Assembly: GCF_004010195.1 (NCBI RefSeq)
Contig: NC_057758.1
Span: 5,278,972-5,325,852 of the forward strand
Source: Chiloscyllium plagiosum
Taxonomy: Eukaryota
Length of the DNA: 46,881 nucleotides
Reading direction: 5' to 3'
Both the position numbers and the translations under genes were made by a program. This document shows positions 20,155 to 33,229 of this stretch, piece after piece. The notes beneath the pieces were generated by a model. The model was not told the origin of the DNA, did no database searches, and worked only from the letters and a program-made list of their open reading frames with translations. How positions within the stretch are numbered: the first letter of the stretch is position 1; every line of letters starts with the position of its first letter.

Positions 20155-22420
20155 ATTCCTTAAGTGCTGCCCCTTTCCTTCCTGATGGGAGTGGAATGAG
20201 TGTGGAAAGTAGAGTATAAGGAGTGCCACAGCACTAACACCTGCTGGTGACTGTCGGTGTTGGAGGGAAGGAATGATTGTGGATTGGAACCATTCGAGTG
20301 GACTGCTTCGTCTTTAGTCGTGTCAAGCAGTTTCAGTACTGTTGACGTGCATTCAATCAAACTAGTGTAGATTACATATTGCTAGCTTGAACCTTGGAGG
20401 TAATGGAGAGGAAGACAGGGGAAAAGTTCCTGGCTGCAGGGTTCCTAATTTCTGATCTGAAGTTTTCACCAGAGCAGCTATATAGTCTCGGATAAACCTG
20501 ACAATATTAGTGCCAATTAATTCAACAATGGTAATGCCTTTGGATGCCGAATATGTTTAGCCCTCTCGTTTAGTGATGGTTTATGATGGCCATTGTCTGA
20601 CATTTATGTTGCACGGATGTTACTTGTCAACTGTCAGCCGCAAAGACTGGCTATTGCCCAAGTCTTGCTGCATTTGGACTGATTTTGTGATCTGAGGAGT
20701 TAAGAATTGCAAAATTATGATCAAACCTCATTAAATCTGACCGTATGAAGGAGAAGAATTGCAGATAGCTGGTTTTCGAAAATATTTGCTGCCTTTGTTC
20801 TTCGAGATGGCACTGGGTTTAGCAGGTGCTGTCTACTCACCTTGGTGCAGTGAATCTTGTAGATGGTACAAACTGCTACAATTGTGCCTCAGGAGTGGAG
20901 GGGATTGATGCTTGTGCAAGTGACAGCAATTAAATGGGCTGGTTTTGTCCTGGGTTTTTCATGGGATGTACTCCATCACAGGCTTTGGGGAGTAACCAGA
21001 TGAGTTACTGACTGCACAATTCCTAGCGTCTGACATGCTCGTGAAGACCGTGTTATTTATATGGATGGTCCAGGACAGTTTATGTTCACTTATCATAAAC
21101 AGGATGCTGATAAACACAGTGTTGGGGACTCAGTCGTGGTAACGCGATTGAAAATCAAAGGATGGTTTGATTCTTTATTGTCATATATGTCCAGCATTTG
21201 TCTGTCGTGAACATTACTTGCCATTGTTAGACTGAACCTGGATGAATTTGAACCTGGACTGTTTCAGGGATGATGCAATCAATGAACATTCCCACATCTG
21301 ACCTCATGATGGTGAGAGCAGCTGGAAATGGTTGAGCCTCGGACATACTCTTTCCTGAGGAATCGTTGTAGAGCTCACCGAGAGTTTGAATTACTGACAC
21401 TGACAGCATTTTTTTTTTGCTGGTGATAATTCTAATCAGGAGAGTACTTGCCCCAGATTCTGAATAAGTATAATTTTACTCAGCGTCCTCTTCTCCCACC
21501 CTGCTAAATAGTGTATTGATGTTAAGAGTAATTACTCTCACGGTCCCTTTGAAATTCCACTCTTTTGCACTAAGTTTGCAATGGGGTCAGGAGCTGAGTG
21601 GTCCCGACGGGACACTAACTAAATGACACTGAGCAGGTTATTGCTGGTTGATCACATTATTGCGAAAAGCTTTATTCACAACTGGCTGCAATGCAATTGC
21701 CCTGCTTTTTATTTACATGACATACTTGCCATTTATAACATTGTTGGTAAGTAGTAGTATTGTTAATCAAAATGATAACTTGGCAAGAGACGTGGCAATT
21801 TCTGGAGTAAAATCACAGTTCACCATCTCTCCAACCATTTCTTGACATTGTGTGAAGTCAATCAAACTGTCTGAAGATTAGGGTCTGTGATGCTGCGGCC
21901 CACTGAAGGAGGCCGAAATCGATCATCTGCTTAGCCCTTCTGCCTGAAGATTGTCACAAATGTATCAACTTTATTTTTTCAATGAAGAGCTGCGCTCTCC
22001 GAAAACTGGGTATTTCATTGTTGGACAGCAGTCCCCTCCTCCAATGGTATCCTTCATTGTCCACTAAATTTTATGATCACATGTGGCAGGACTTCAATGA
22101 TAAATCAGAGCAATTGATTGTGAGATAATTGAGCTCTGTCCATCAGTTGCTGCTTATGCTATTTAGCATGCAAGTAATCGTGTTTTGTTGCTGAAGACAC
22201 AAAAGTTTCTCCAGGTTGTCCCCTCAATTCTGCGTCTGCCACGTGTTACTCCCGCCATGTCCTTCTGCCCTCTTCCATGACTCAGTGTGGATCCCTGGCT
22301 TGATGGTTACTGTAGAGGGGCATGTATGTCAGGCTGTGACGTTGCAGACTATATGAGTTGTACAGAGTATGATTCTGCGGCTGCGATGTCCCACTGCATC
22401 TCACGGACATATCGCCAAAT
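20155..22420 (-). mobile_element. Several fragments of an old LINE family (CR1/L2 group)
   Basis: Minus-strand ECTSTVLKLLDTTKDEAV and IMRSDVGMFID (RT motif region). Further copies at ~25330-25860, 26240-26600 and 27715-28130. Confidence 0.65.
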
Positions 22421-22479
22421 TATGACGATGGACTTTCCTCCATGCGTGGACTGTGCCGTGGCTGTTCTTATCTTTATAA

Positions 22480-22770
22480 GGGGCGGCACAGTGGCATAGT
22501 AGTTAGCACTGCTGCCTCACAGCGCCAGGGCCATGCGTTGTATAGCTGCCTGGGGAGACTGTCTGTGTGGAATTTGCACATCCTAACAGTAGGTGCTGAG
22601 TTTTCTCCGAGTGCTCCGGTTTCCTCCCACATTCCAAAAATGTGGAGGTTACGCGCATTCTTCAGGTGTAAATTTAAGTTAGACAAATGTCGGTGGGTTA
22701 GTCTTCAGAAGATCTTTGTGGACTTGTTGGGCAGCAGGCGCTGTTCCACACTGTAGGAATTCTTTAAAAA
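22480..22770 (+). mobile_element. HE1-type SINE
   Basis: gggcggcacagtggcatagtagttagcactgctgcctcacagcgccagg...ctgttccacactgtaggaattct. Confidence 0.9.
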
Positions 22771-22870
22771 TGCACATAAGAAATGGGGAGGTGTATCTGA
22801 AACAGGTGGACGGTTGACAAAATGCACATATTAAATAGGGAGGTATATCTGAAACTGGTGGACGGTTGAC
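22768..22870. repeat. ~52-bp tandem duplication
   Basis: aaaatgcacata...ggaggt.tatctgaaac.ggtggacggttgac occurs twice. Confidence 0.85.
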
Positions 22871-23239
22871 GATAAGGTCAATTGTGTGTTTCTCTTTTAT
22901 TGATTCCCTCCAAACCTGCTGCAGAGCAGACAAGCTGCAGCAGGATCCAGAATCAATGCTGAGCACTTTATTGACAATATAGCAAGGAGCTGCCCACTCC
23001 GTCTTGGACAGAATCTAACAGCGGGTGTGGTGTGTGGCCCTGTTCACAGAAGCCTGTTTTACAGACAATGTATGACTGTTGTTTTATTCGTCTGTGGGAA
23101 ATATATAACAGGTTAGTTCCACATTCTCTACAATTAATGTAACTTTATTTCTTATATATTTTGAAGTAAACTAAGAATCATTGTTTTCGATTTGAAAACA
23201 ATTGATGTAAAGAAAAATTATATTACCAGAGTAGCCTGC

Positions 23240-24218
23240 ACGACCATTCAATATGATCATGGCTGATCATCTTTAATCAGTATCCTGTTCCTGCCTTATC
23301 TCCATAACCCTTGATTCCACTATCCTTGTGAGCTCTATCCAACTCTTTCTTAAATGAATCCAGAGACTGGGCCTCCACTGCCCTCTGGGGCAGAGCATTC
23401 CACACAGCCACCACTCTCTGGGTGAAGAAGTTTCTTCTCATCTCTGTCCTAAATGGTCTACCCCATATTTTTAAGCTGTGTCCTCCGGTTCGGCACTCAC
23501 CCATCAGCGGAAACATGTTTCCTGCCTCCAGAGTGTCCAATCCTTTAATAATCTTATATGTCTCAATCAGATCCCCTTTTAGTCTTCTAAACTCAAGGGT
23601 ATACAAGCCAAGTTGCTCCTGTCTTTCAGCATAAGGTAATCCCGCCATTCCAGGAACTGACCTCGTGAACCTCCGCTGCACTCCCTCAATAGCCAGAATG
23701 TCTTTCCTCAAATCTGGCGACTAGAACTGCACACAGTAATCCAGGTGTGGTCTCAATAGGGCTATGTATAGCTGCAGAAGAACCTCTTTGCTACTATACT
23801 CACTCCCTCTTGTTATGAAGGTCAGCATGCTATTAGCCTTCTTCACAACCTGTTGTACCTGCATGCTTACCTTCATTGACTGGTGCACAAGAACACCCAG
23901 ATCTCTCTGTACTGCCCCTTTACCTAAATTGATTCCATTTAGGTAGTAATCTACCTTCCGGTTCTTGCCACCAAAGTGGAAAACCATACATTTTTCAACA
24001 TTAAACTGCATCTGCCATGCATCTGACCACTCACCTAACTTTTCCAGGTCACCCTGTAATCTCCAAACATCCTCATCACATTTCACCCTGCGACCCAGCT
24101 TAGTATCATCAGCAAATTTGCTAATGTTCTTCTATATCATCTTCTATATCAAAAACATATATTGTAAAAAGCTGCGGTCCCTGTATTGATCCCTGCGGTA
24201 CCCCACTGGTCACTGTCT
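23240..24218 (-). mobile_element. Relatively young CR1 LINE, 3' ~1 kb
   Basis: ORFs 23721-24086 (LQGDLEKLGEWSDAWQMQFNVEKC..LLRPHLDYCVQF) and 23277-23711 (RRLKGDLIETYKII..FFTQRVVAVWNALP) are separated by a single stop. Confidence 0.95.
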
Positions 24219-25864
24219 GAAACTGACTGAAGAAAAGCCTGAGTTCAGACTCAGTGCTATTGGGCCTCACCTGTACCTCCAATACAGTGATCATATCCAA
24301 AATCTGTCCTAAGATCTCGAAACTGGAGCTGGACCCTTATTCAGACAATCTCTCACAACAGACCATATAGAGTAATACCTGAACAACAGGGAAATGTGTG
24401 GGGCAGACTGGCTTTTGGACTAGCATAGGGCTCTTTGCTGGTCCAAGTGCAATTCAACATTTGTAAAAATCACCTCACCACAAGCATGTTTTGCAAGTTT
24501 ATCTCTTCTGGTGTGCCAACTAAACTCTGGAATTCTGCACCTTGGACCCGATCCTAAAGGAATGTACTATAAAGGTGATGGAGTCTGCAGCTCATTCCGT
24601 ATTTCATTGATTCCCTCATTAAACAAATCCATGTATATGAGCTCCACAACATCAGTATCTCAATAGAATTGTACAACTACATTGGTAGCCGACATGATCG
24701 CAGCCCAACGTCCTTGTGTATGACTCGGCATAGAAATTTCTGTGTAAATATTTGCAGCATTGTCCTAACCATTAAAAGCAAAGTCTCTTCACTGAAGGTT
24801 TGACATCCCTTGATAATATCCACTTTTCGATTGTCCTATATGTGCAATATACACCCATTTATTCAGTACACTTTTATAACAACAATATGATGGAAACAGT
24901 GCGCAAATCAGAGCAACGGGCTTTGAAAAGATGAGTCGCGTTACCATACCCTAGATTAAATTATGATTACGTACAAGGACTTTAAAAATATACAATTATT
25001 TTCCCTTGCATTAATACAGTGTGCTAATAATCATGCACAAACATTTTCATGGTATCAATATCACTGTCTAAACATTCTAACGTCAGATATGAGTAAGTTT
25101 TCAATTGTTTATGCCTAACTCACAGCTCAGTAATGTGGTCTGTGAATGTCAGTCTCTGTGTAATGCTACGTATGTAGGCCATGCCTCTGAAAGACTGACA
25201 GATTGTTTCAAACAGCATATCATTTTAGATGCTCACAGCAAGCAAAGTACTGACTGGGCCTAACCGGCCTGCACTCACAGAACCCAAAGCTCAGTGCCCA
25301 GCACTGGCACGTTTGGACAATATTTTTCATTCTAATTTATTCATGGAGTATGGGACAGTATTTATTGCCCATTCTTCTTTACCATTGAGAAGTTGGAGCT
25401 GCCACATTGAACAGCTGCAGTCCACGTGCTGTCGGCAAACTTGCAATGCCATTCGGGAGGGAACTTGAAACAATGACACTGAACGAATATCAACATGTTT
25501 CCAAATCTAGATAGTGAGTGGATTCGATTTGAACTTGAACATGTATTTCCGGCCTTTGTCCCTCTTGATGGTCGTGGATTCAGATGTATTTCGTAAGGAG
25601 CCTTGGTAAATTTCTAAAGATCACCGTTTGGATGGCAGGCATGACTGCTTCTGAGTGTTAGTTTGAGGGATGAAGCTGCATTCAGCCAGGACATTGGGGC
25701 GCATTTCAGCACACACTCATTCAAAGTGTGTCTTATACATGATGGACAGGTTTTCAAAAAACTTGAGGAATGTTATTTCTGCAGGATTCCGAGCCCCTGA
25801 CATATTATTGTAGCCAATGATTTTATACAGGTTGAAAAGTGTGGCTTTGGAAAACTACAACTGG

Positions 25865-26067
25865 TTAGGATGTGGAGGCACTGGAACGGGTGCAGAGGAG
25901 GTTGACCAGGATGTTGCCTGGTATGGTAGAAAGATCGTATGTGGAAAGGCTGAGGCACTTGGGGTTGTTTTCATTGGAGAAAAGAAGGTTTAGGGGTGAC
26001 TTGATAGAGGTGTACAAGATGATTAGGGGTTTAGATAGGGTCGACAGTGAGAATCTTTTCCCACGTA
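25865..26067 (+). mobile_element. CR1 fragment inserted in an older LINE and running into a gap
   Basis: ALERVQRRLTRMLPGM..SYVERLRHLGLFSLEKRRFRGDLIEVYKMIRGLDRV. Confidence 0.9.
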
Positions 26068-27239
26068 NNNNNNNNNNNNNNNNNNNNNNNNNNNNNNNNN
26101 NNNNNNNNNNNNNNNNNNNNNNNNNNNNNNNNNNNNNNNNNNNNNNNNNNNNNNNNNNNNNNNNNNNNNNNNNNNNNNNNNNNNNNNNNNNNNNNNNNNN
26201 NNNNNNNNNNNNNNNNNNNNNNNNNNNNNNNNNNNNNACGTGCAGGGGAAACTTCGTTTCAGGCATAAGCTCTTCATAGGAGTAGGTGATGAATTTATAT
26301 GGTCTGTCCGGTTCTGGTTAACGGCAATCCCCAGGATATTGAAAGGTAGACGTTCAGAGATGGTGGTGACGTTTGAATGTTATGGGATGATGGTCCAATT
26401 CTGTACTGTTAGAGGTGATCATTGTCTGAAACTTCTAAGTACACGCCCGCATGCAATACATGTCAGAGTTATTGCGAATATTGTCAAATCGTGAACATTG
26501 TCTAATCATTGGCGAACACCACACCCCCCACCCTCCTTGTAATTTTACGGTGAATGGATAGTGATTTATGAAACAACTGAAGACTGTTGGGCCAAGGACG
26601 GAGAACACTCTTATATCTCACTCATAATGTCCCTCCCTCTGAGCTAGGAAGCTTGCTTCAATTTCAACCTACTCCAGAAGTGTGTAACACCATGTCTGAA
26701 GAAATTAATATCAAAAGAGATACCCTAAGGAGCTGAGTGAGGACGTGCTTACCTCAGTCAGTTGGACGGCTGTTTTTTTAATGCAGATTATTGCTTACAG
26801 TGTGGGTTCAATTCCTGAGGTGACTGTAAATGAATCCTACTCAAATTCTCTTTTACTGGAGACATGACGACTATCCAGTTAGGTGCAGTCACTCTCGCCT
26901 CACCTCCACACTTCACCGGTTTTTGTTTTTAAAGTTTGTTTTCCAATCTTAAATCAAGGCTTCAAAAGCTTCGGGGGATGAGTCACCCTGGCATAGATCA
27001 AACTGAACTTAAGTGAGTACGTTAGTGCGGAGACGTGCTGCTTGATACCACTATAGATGACATCTCGCATCTCTTTATTAATGAAAGCAATTAGACCAAT
27101 AGGGGAGTCATTGATTGTCTGAACTTTTATCTGTGTTTGTGCGGATAGTTTTCCACATTGTCTGGTAGATGCCAGTGCTGTAGCCCAGAAGGAACAGCTG
27201 TAATGTAAGGTTATCAATGCCTAAGTCTTTGCATTATTC

Positions 27240-27690
27240 AATCCCTCGAGCCGCTTGTAGATCTTTCTGGATGTATCGCGACCTGATATGGCAAATGTAC
27301 GATTCAACACCGAAGACGTTTACAGAGAGTGGTGAACTCGGCCCGGACAATCCCAAAGGCCAACCTCTCATCTACAGAATCAGCCCACCAGGCCCGCTGG
27401 GAAGGTAAAGCCGCCAGGATTCCCAAAGAAGCATTCCACACTGGCAATGCTTTTCTACAACCTCTACCATCAGCGAGAAGGTACAGAAACCTGAACACAT
27501 TCAACAAGCCGATTTCGAAACAGTTTCTACTCTCCGGTTGTTCAAATACTGAATGGACTCGCAAAGTCTGAACTGTGTTTTGGTTTTTGCCACTGTTAAC
27601 CTATTGTTAACTTATCTATGCTATTTAATTTCGTGGTCTGCCTGGTCCACAAGATAATAAATGCAATTCAATTCAATCTAATGCAATCTC
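27240..27690 (+). mobile_element. Rex1/Babar-type LINE 3' end
   Basis: LQRVVNSARTI.KANL...KAARI...H.GNAFLQPLPSARRYRNL...RFRNSFY; ends in aataataaa and a (CAATT)n-like tail. Confidence 0.75.
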
Positions 27691-28197
27691 AGACGAGATG
27701 AATCGAATTCCGTGAAGACTACCATCGGAGGAGACAAAAATTGTTCGTCCCATTGACACTTCTGTCTGAACATTGCTGCGAGTGTTTCAGTCTTATCTTT
27801 TCTATTGTTGTGCTGGGTTCCTCCATCATTGAGGAATGTGATATTTGTGGATCCTCATCCTCCACTGAGTTGTTTGGTTGTTCACCACTATTCACACTGA
27901 CTGCATATGACATGATTGCATATATTATGTCTAATTTGTTAAATCTCTCGATCACTTGCAGCTTAAACTTTTTGGCAAGTAAGTGGTCCAGGTTACTAAC
28001 TTCACCTCATAGTGATGTGGACCTGTTGTTGCTCCAGGCAGGCCATTCTGTGTTCTTCATTGAGCAATACACTTTGTGGTGATTTTGAAATGGCCCACCC
28101 AGTATACTTCCTCCAACTTCATCAACCTCTCAATTCTTCCACCAAGCATTATTTAAAGTGTGTGTTTGTTGGGGGTGGCGGTAACAATGATCCACCA

Positions 28198-28493
28198 GCT
28201 GAAGGAGGGGAGTCAGCAGGAGATCTCTGTGACAGTGTTAAATCTGACGCCATGAGGCTGAGGGAGGGGAGTCAGTTAGTTGCTTCCATGTCTGTGTTTG
28301 ATCTGACGCCATCAGGCTGAGAGGGGAGTCAGCAGAAGCTTTCTGTGTCAACGTATGATCTGATACAATTAGGCTGAGGTGGATGGATCAGCAGGATGTA
28401 TCCGTGTCAGTGTTTAATTTGACATCATGAGGCTGACGGAAGGGAGTCAGCAGGAGGTTTCTGTGTCAATGTTTCATCTGACACCGTGAGGCT
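28198..28493. repeat. ~58-bp minisatellite, 5 copies
   Basis: Unit ggctgagggaggggagtcagcaggagatctctgtgacagtgttaaatctgacgccatga at ~28198, 28256, 28315, 28371 and 28431. Confidence 0.85.
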
Positions 28494-28889
28494 TCATTAT
28501 GTTCCGTTGTTGCTTGAGCAGTCTGTAAGGCAGCTCTCCCAATTCTGACATGAGTCCCCAGATGTTAGGAAGTAGGACTTTGCTGGGTCCATAGGGCTTC
28601 TTACTTTGTTACTGTCAACTGAAGGGCTTGTCTTTTGCTGTATCTCACTGACTCAACTTCAGTTGTGATTGGACCCCGCAAGGTCTCAGTCATTCAGTTC
28701 CAGTTCCTCCCTGTGCCTTGTCTACTCTACAGAGTTGAATAACGTGTTATCTAACAAGTGAATGCGCAAATATGTGTTTCAGCTGTCCATCTGTATCTCT
28801 GTATATTTCCCTGTCATCAACTTCATCTGCTACAATCACCTCTATCGCATTATCGCAGTAACCTTCAGCTTTGACACAATTTTCAGCAG

Positions 28890-31545
28890 CTACAACAACC
28901 CTATTTATCACTGTACATTCCTCCAATATCTGTGCTCTGCATATCTCTCTAACCCCCTCCAAAGCGGGACACCCTTCGTCGTCTCTCTAAGCTTCTCCAG
29001 CTCCTTCAATGCTGTTTAATTGCAATTTCCTATTTTTCTAACCACCTCCGGCACATCCATCAATCTTGATTTCTCTAACCTCCTCCAAATCCAACACTCC
29101 TCCCTATCTCTAAACCTCCTCCAAGCCCTAGACCGCACCCTATCTCCCTAACCACCTCCAGCCCCTACATCCGTCCCTAACTCTCTGACCACATCCAACC
29201 CCACAAGCCTCCCTATCTCTCTAATCTCCTCCAGCACCCAAAGCGATTTCCATTTCTCGAACCTCTTCCAAACACTGCCTCCCTCCCAATCGCTCGAACC
29301 ACCTCCAGCCCCGCTACCCCTCCCTGTTTCACTAACTACCTCCAGCTCCCACACCTCCTTAACTATAACCACCTCCATACCTATCTCTCTAACTACCTCC
29401 AGGTTCCAAATCCCTGCCTATCTTGAACCACATCCCTCCCGTACACACTTACCTATCTCANNNNNNNNNNNNNNNNNNNNNNNNNNNNNNNNNNNNNNNN
29501 NNNNNNNNNNNNNNNNNNNNNNNNNNNNNNNNNNNNNCTTCCAACCCTTACACAAGTCCCCATCTCTCTAACCTCCTCCCAAGTTCTACAGCCCTCCCTA
29601 TCTCTACCCTGAGCTGCTGCAACCCTCCCCAAACCGTGGGAAAGAATTAAGAAAACATCAGTAGCCTGTTCGAGTATGCACACGCCTCGCTATCTCTGTA
29701 ATATGGAGTAATCTTCAGGTTTGATTTCCTATTTATGTAACAACCCACAGACTAGAAAATCACGATGATCTCCTGCAGATTTTGCACATCTTTATTTCTG
29801 TAATTTCCTCCAACATCTACTCAGCCCCAAACTGCTGTTATCACCTCTTTCCGCACTCGGTCCCTCTCCCAATGAACTCATCCAGCATCTATTCCACTTT
29901 CTATATCCTCCAGCCCCTGACTCCATCTCTGTCCCTGTAACATTCTCCAGCGCCTAAACCGCACCCTATCCCTGTAACAATCCCTCGACTCGGCACCAAC
30001 TCCTTGTCGCTATGAAACGCTTCAGCACAAACACATACTCCCTATCCTGTAACATTCTCCAGCACCTGCATGCACCTGCTGTCAATGTAACATTCTCTAG
30101 CACCTAGGCCTCTCCCATCCCTGTAGCAGTCTACATCACCTGTACCATTCCCTATCCCTGTAACATTCTCCACCACCTACACCCCTCACTGCATTCTAAC
30201 AATCTCCAGCACTCAGACCCTCCCGAACCATATGACTTTCTCCCCCATCCCTGTAGCAGTCTACATCACCTATACCACTCCCTATTCCTGTAACATTCTC
30301 CACCACCTACACCCCTCACTACCTTCTAACAATCTCCAATCAAATAAGACCCTCCCTAACCATATGACTTTCTCCGGGACTTGTACTCCTCTCGATCCTT
30401 CATACCGTGGGTGGCACGGTGGCACAGTGGTTAGCACTGCTGCCTCACAGCGCCAGAGACCCGGGTTCAATTCCCACCTCAGGCGACTGACTGTGTGGAG
30501 TTTGCACATTCTCCCCGTGTCTGCGTGGGTTTCCTCCGGGTGCTCCGGTTTCCTCCCACAGTCCAAAAATGTGCAGATCAGGTGAATTGGCCATGCTAAA
30601 TTGCCAGTAGTGTTCGGTGCCGGGGTAAATGTAGGGGAATTGGTCTGGGTGGGCTTTGCTTCGGCGGGTTGGTGTGGATTTGTTGGGCCAAAGGGCCTGT
30701 TTACACACTGTAATGTAATCTAAAAAAATATTCTCCAAGCCCTACACCTCTCTCTATCACTGTAACATTCTCCAACACCTACTCCCTTCCCTGTAACATT
30801 CCCCAGCACCTACACCCACTCCCTATCAATGGAACATTCTCCAACAACATCACCCCTCCCCATCAATGCCACATGTTCCGGCACATACACCCCAAGTGTT
30901 CTCTGTGACATCTCCCTATCCCTGTAATATTGTCCCGCCCCTGCACCCCACCTAATCTCTCTGCCCAGCTCCATCCTGCACACCACTCCCTATCTCTCAA
31001 ACCACCTCCAGTTCCCGGACACATCCCTATCGCTCGAATTAACTCCAGCCCATATACTCCCCATCAGTCGAACCACTTGCAGCACCTACACAAGTTCCTA
31101 TATCTCTAACCTGAGCTGTGACCCCCCCTCCCCATACCCTGTGAAAGAATTAAGAAAAAAATGAGTATACTGTTGGAACATGCACGTGTCTCTCTATCTC
31201 TGTAACATCTTCTCCCTTGCTTTCCGATTTCTCTAACATCGCCCAGACTATAAAACCATGATTGCCTTCTATAGATTTCACTCATCCTTATTTCTGTAAC
31301 TTCGTCCAGCATCTATACAGCTCTAACATTCTGTTTCCATCTCCTTCGCGTCCTGTCCCGCTTCCAGAAAACTCCTCCAGCTTGTATTCCATTTTGCATA
31401 TCCTCCACCCCCTGACTCCATCTCTGCCCCTGAAACATTCCCCAGCACCTAAATCCACCATAACCTTTTAACAATCTCTAGACCCGACACCAACTCCGTG
31501 TCACTGTAAAACGCTTCAGCACCAACACACAATCCCTATCCCTAT
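28890..31545 (+). repeat. Long degenerate ~30-35-bp C/T-rich tandem array, probably L2-derived, with higher-order duplications
   Basis: Unit ccctatc(t/c)ctgtaac(c/a)t(c/t)ctccagcacctacac; ~130-bp tandem duplication 30110-30370; ~450-bp diverged duplication 29590-30050 vs 31105-31545. The array resumes at 32963-33200. Confidence 0.75.
30407..30728 (+). mobile_element. HE1-type SINE, well preserved
   Basis: A-box TGGCACAGTGG, B-box GGTTCAATTCC, body ctgtgtggagtttgcacattctccccgtgtctgcgtggg and tail gggccaaagggcctgtttacacactg. Confidence 0.95.
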
Positions 31546-32962
31546 CCAGACACTCGATACAGTCAACACAGGAATTCTTGGACATCATCAGAAATACACA
31601 CATAGACAAGGAAGAAACCATGGTCTCATTTGATGTAACAGCACTGTTCACCTCTATCAATAAAGCCCTAGCCAGAGAAACAGTAGCCAACCTGCTGGAC
31701 ATACAGAACAGACAACAAGACCGGGAACCGATCAACAAAGACTGCATACTCAAAATACTGGACCTGTGCCTCACAACATACTTCAGATTCAACAGCCAAA
31801 TATATGAACAAATCAACGGCACACCCATGGGCTCACCAATCTCTGGACTCATAGCAGAAGCAGTAATGCAAAGTTAGAACAAACAGTCTTACTGCAAATT
31901 CAACTCAAACTCTGGGTCAGATATGTGGATGAGACCTTTGTAATCATTAAAAACACAGAAATAGAGAACATACACCGGATCATCAACGCTACACACAGGA
32001 ATCCGATTCACTGGAGAGGAAGAAAAGGACAACCAACTCCCATTCCGAGACGTGATGGTACAGAGAACACCGAATGGAGAATTCACCACAAAGGTATACA
32101 GGAAAGCCACACACACAGACCAAGTCCTAAACTACGAAACCAACCACCCCAATACACACAAAAGAAGTTGCATCAAGACACTGTTCAAAAGGGCCACAAC
32201 ACACTGCAGTACACTAGAACTGCAAAAAGAGGAAGAAGAACACCTATGCAATGTATTTGCCAAAAACGGATCCCCCTGCAGTTTCATCAACAGATGCCTA
32301 AGGGAAAGACAACGAAATGAGCTCATGCCACAACCCAAAGGACTAGCCACATTACCACACATCAAAAACATTTATGAACTGACAGCCAGACTGCTGCGAC
32401 CACTAGGACTCATAAAAGCACACAAACCAACAGCCACTCTCAGATACCAACTCACCAGGACGAAGGGCCCGATACCCAACATGAGCAAAACCAATGTAGT
32501 GTACAAAATCCCATGCAAGGACTGCACAAAACAGTACATAGGACAAACAGGAAGACAGCTAACGATTCGCATCCATGAACACCAACTCGCCACGAAACGA
32601 CACGACCAGCTATCCTTAGTAGCCACACACTCAGATGACAAGCAACATGAGTTCGACTGGGACAACACTTCTATTATAGGACAAGCCAAACAGAGAACGG
32701 CCAGGGAATTCCTCGAGGCATGGCACTTATCCACAGATTCAATCAATAAGCACATCGACCTGGACCTCGTATACCGGCCACTGCAGCAGACAGTTGGAAG
32801 TGACAACCGGATGCGGCAGAGACAAACCACCAAAAATGCCAGAGGAAACATCACGGAAGCGCTTCACAGGAGGCTCCCAAGCACTGAGGATGTCACCTCA
32901 CCTAGACAGGGGACGAAACGTCTGCAACACAAATTCCCATCTCGGCAAACAGAACCACAACA
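31546..32962 (+). mobile_element. 5'-truncated Penelope element (Poseidon-type): RT, GIY-YIG endonuclease and pLTR
   Basis: MVSFDVTALFTSI, YEQINGTPMGSPISG, RYVDETF, VYRKATHTDQVL, VVYKIPCKDCTKQYIGQTGRQLTIRIHEH and AREFLEAW. Confidence 0.95.
32880..32926 (+). ncRNA. Minimal hammerhead ribozyme (Poseidon pLTR) with a 5-nt duplication in stem II
   Basis: GCA-CUGAGGA-U-GUCACCU(CACCU)-agac-AGGGGAC-GAAA-C-GUC-UGC. Confidence 0.7.
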
Positions 32963-33229
32963 ATTATACACCTTCCTATTTCTGTACCCTTCTCCAGCAC
33001 TGACACTCCTCAGTACCTCAATCATCACCTCCACAGTATTTCCTTCCCTATCTCAGTAACCTCCTCCAGCATCTGTATCACCCCACTTCAAGTCGTCTCC
33101 TCCAGCACCTGCATTACTCACTATCTTTGCATTCTCTACTGGCACCTGCAGTCTTCTCTATTGCTGAAACGTCCTCCAGCCTGTGTCTTACCGTCTCAAA
33201 ATACTGACCTCGTGAATCAGCAGCCCCCA

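Noticed and set aside
26745..26900. Possible second tRNA-derived SINE family (GGGTTCAATTCC B-box)
   Set aside because: Too degenerate to assign or delimit by eye.
30415..30480. tRNA gene (A and B boxes)
   Set aside because: It is the tRNA-derived head of an HE1 SINE and continues into the SINE body.
32963..33059. Hydrophobic C-terminal extension of the 335-aa Penelope ORF
   Set aside because: Read-through into the flanking C/T-rich repeat, helped by the 5-nt duplication in the pLTR; not a real domain.
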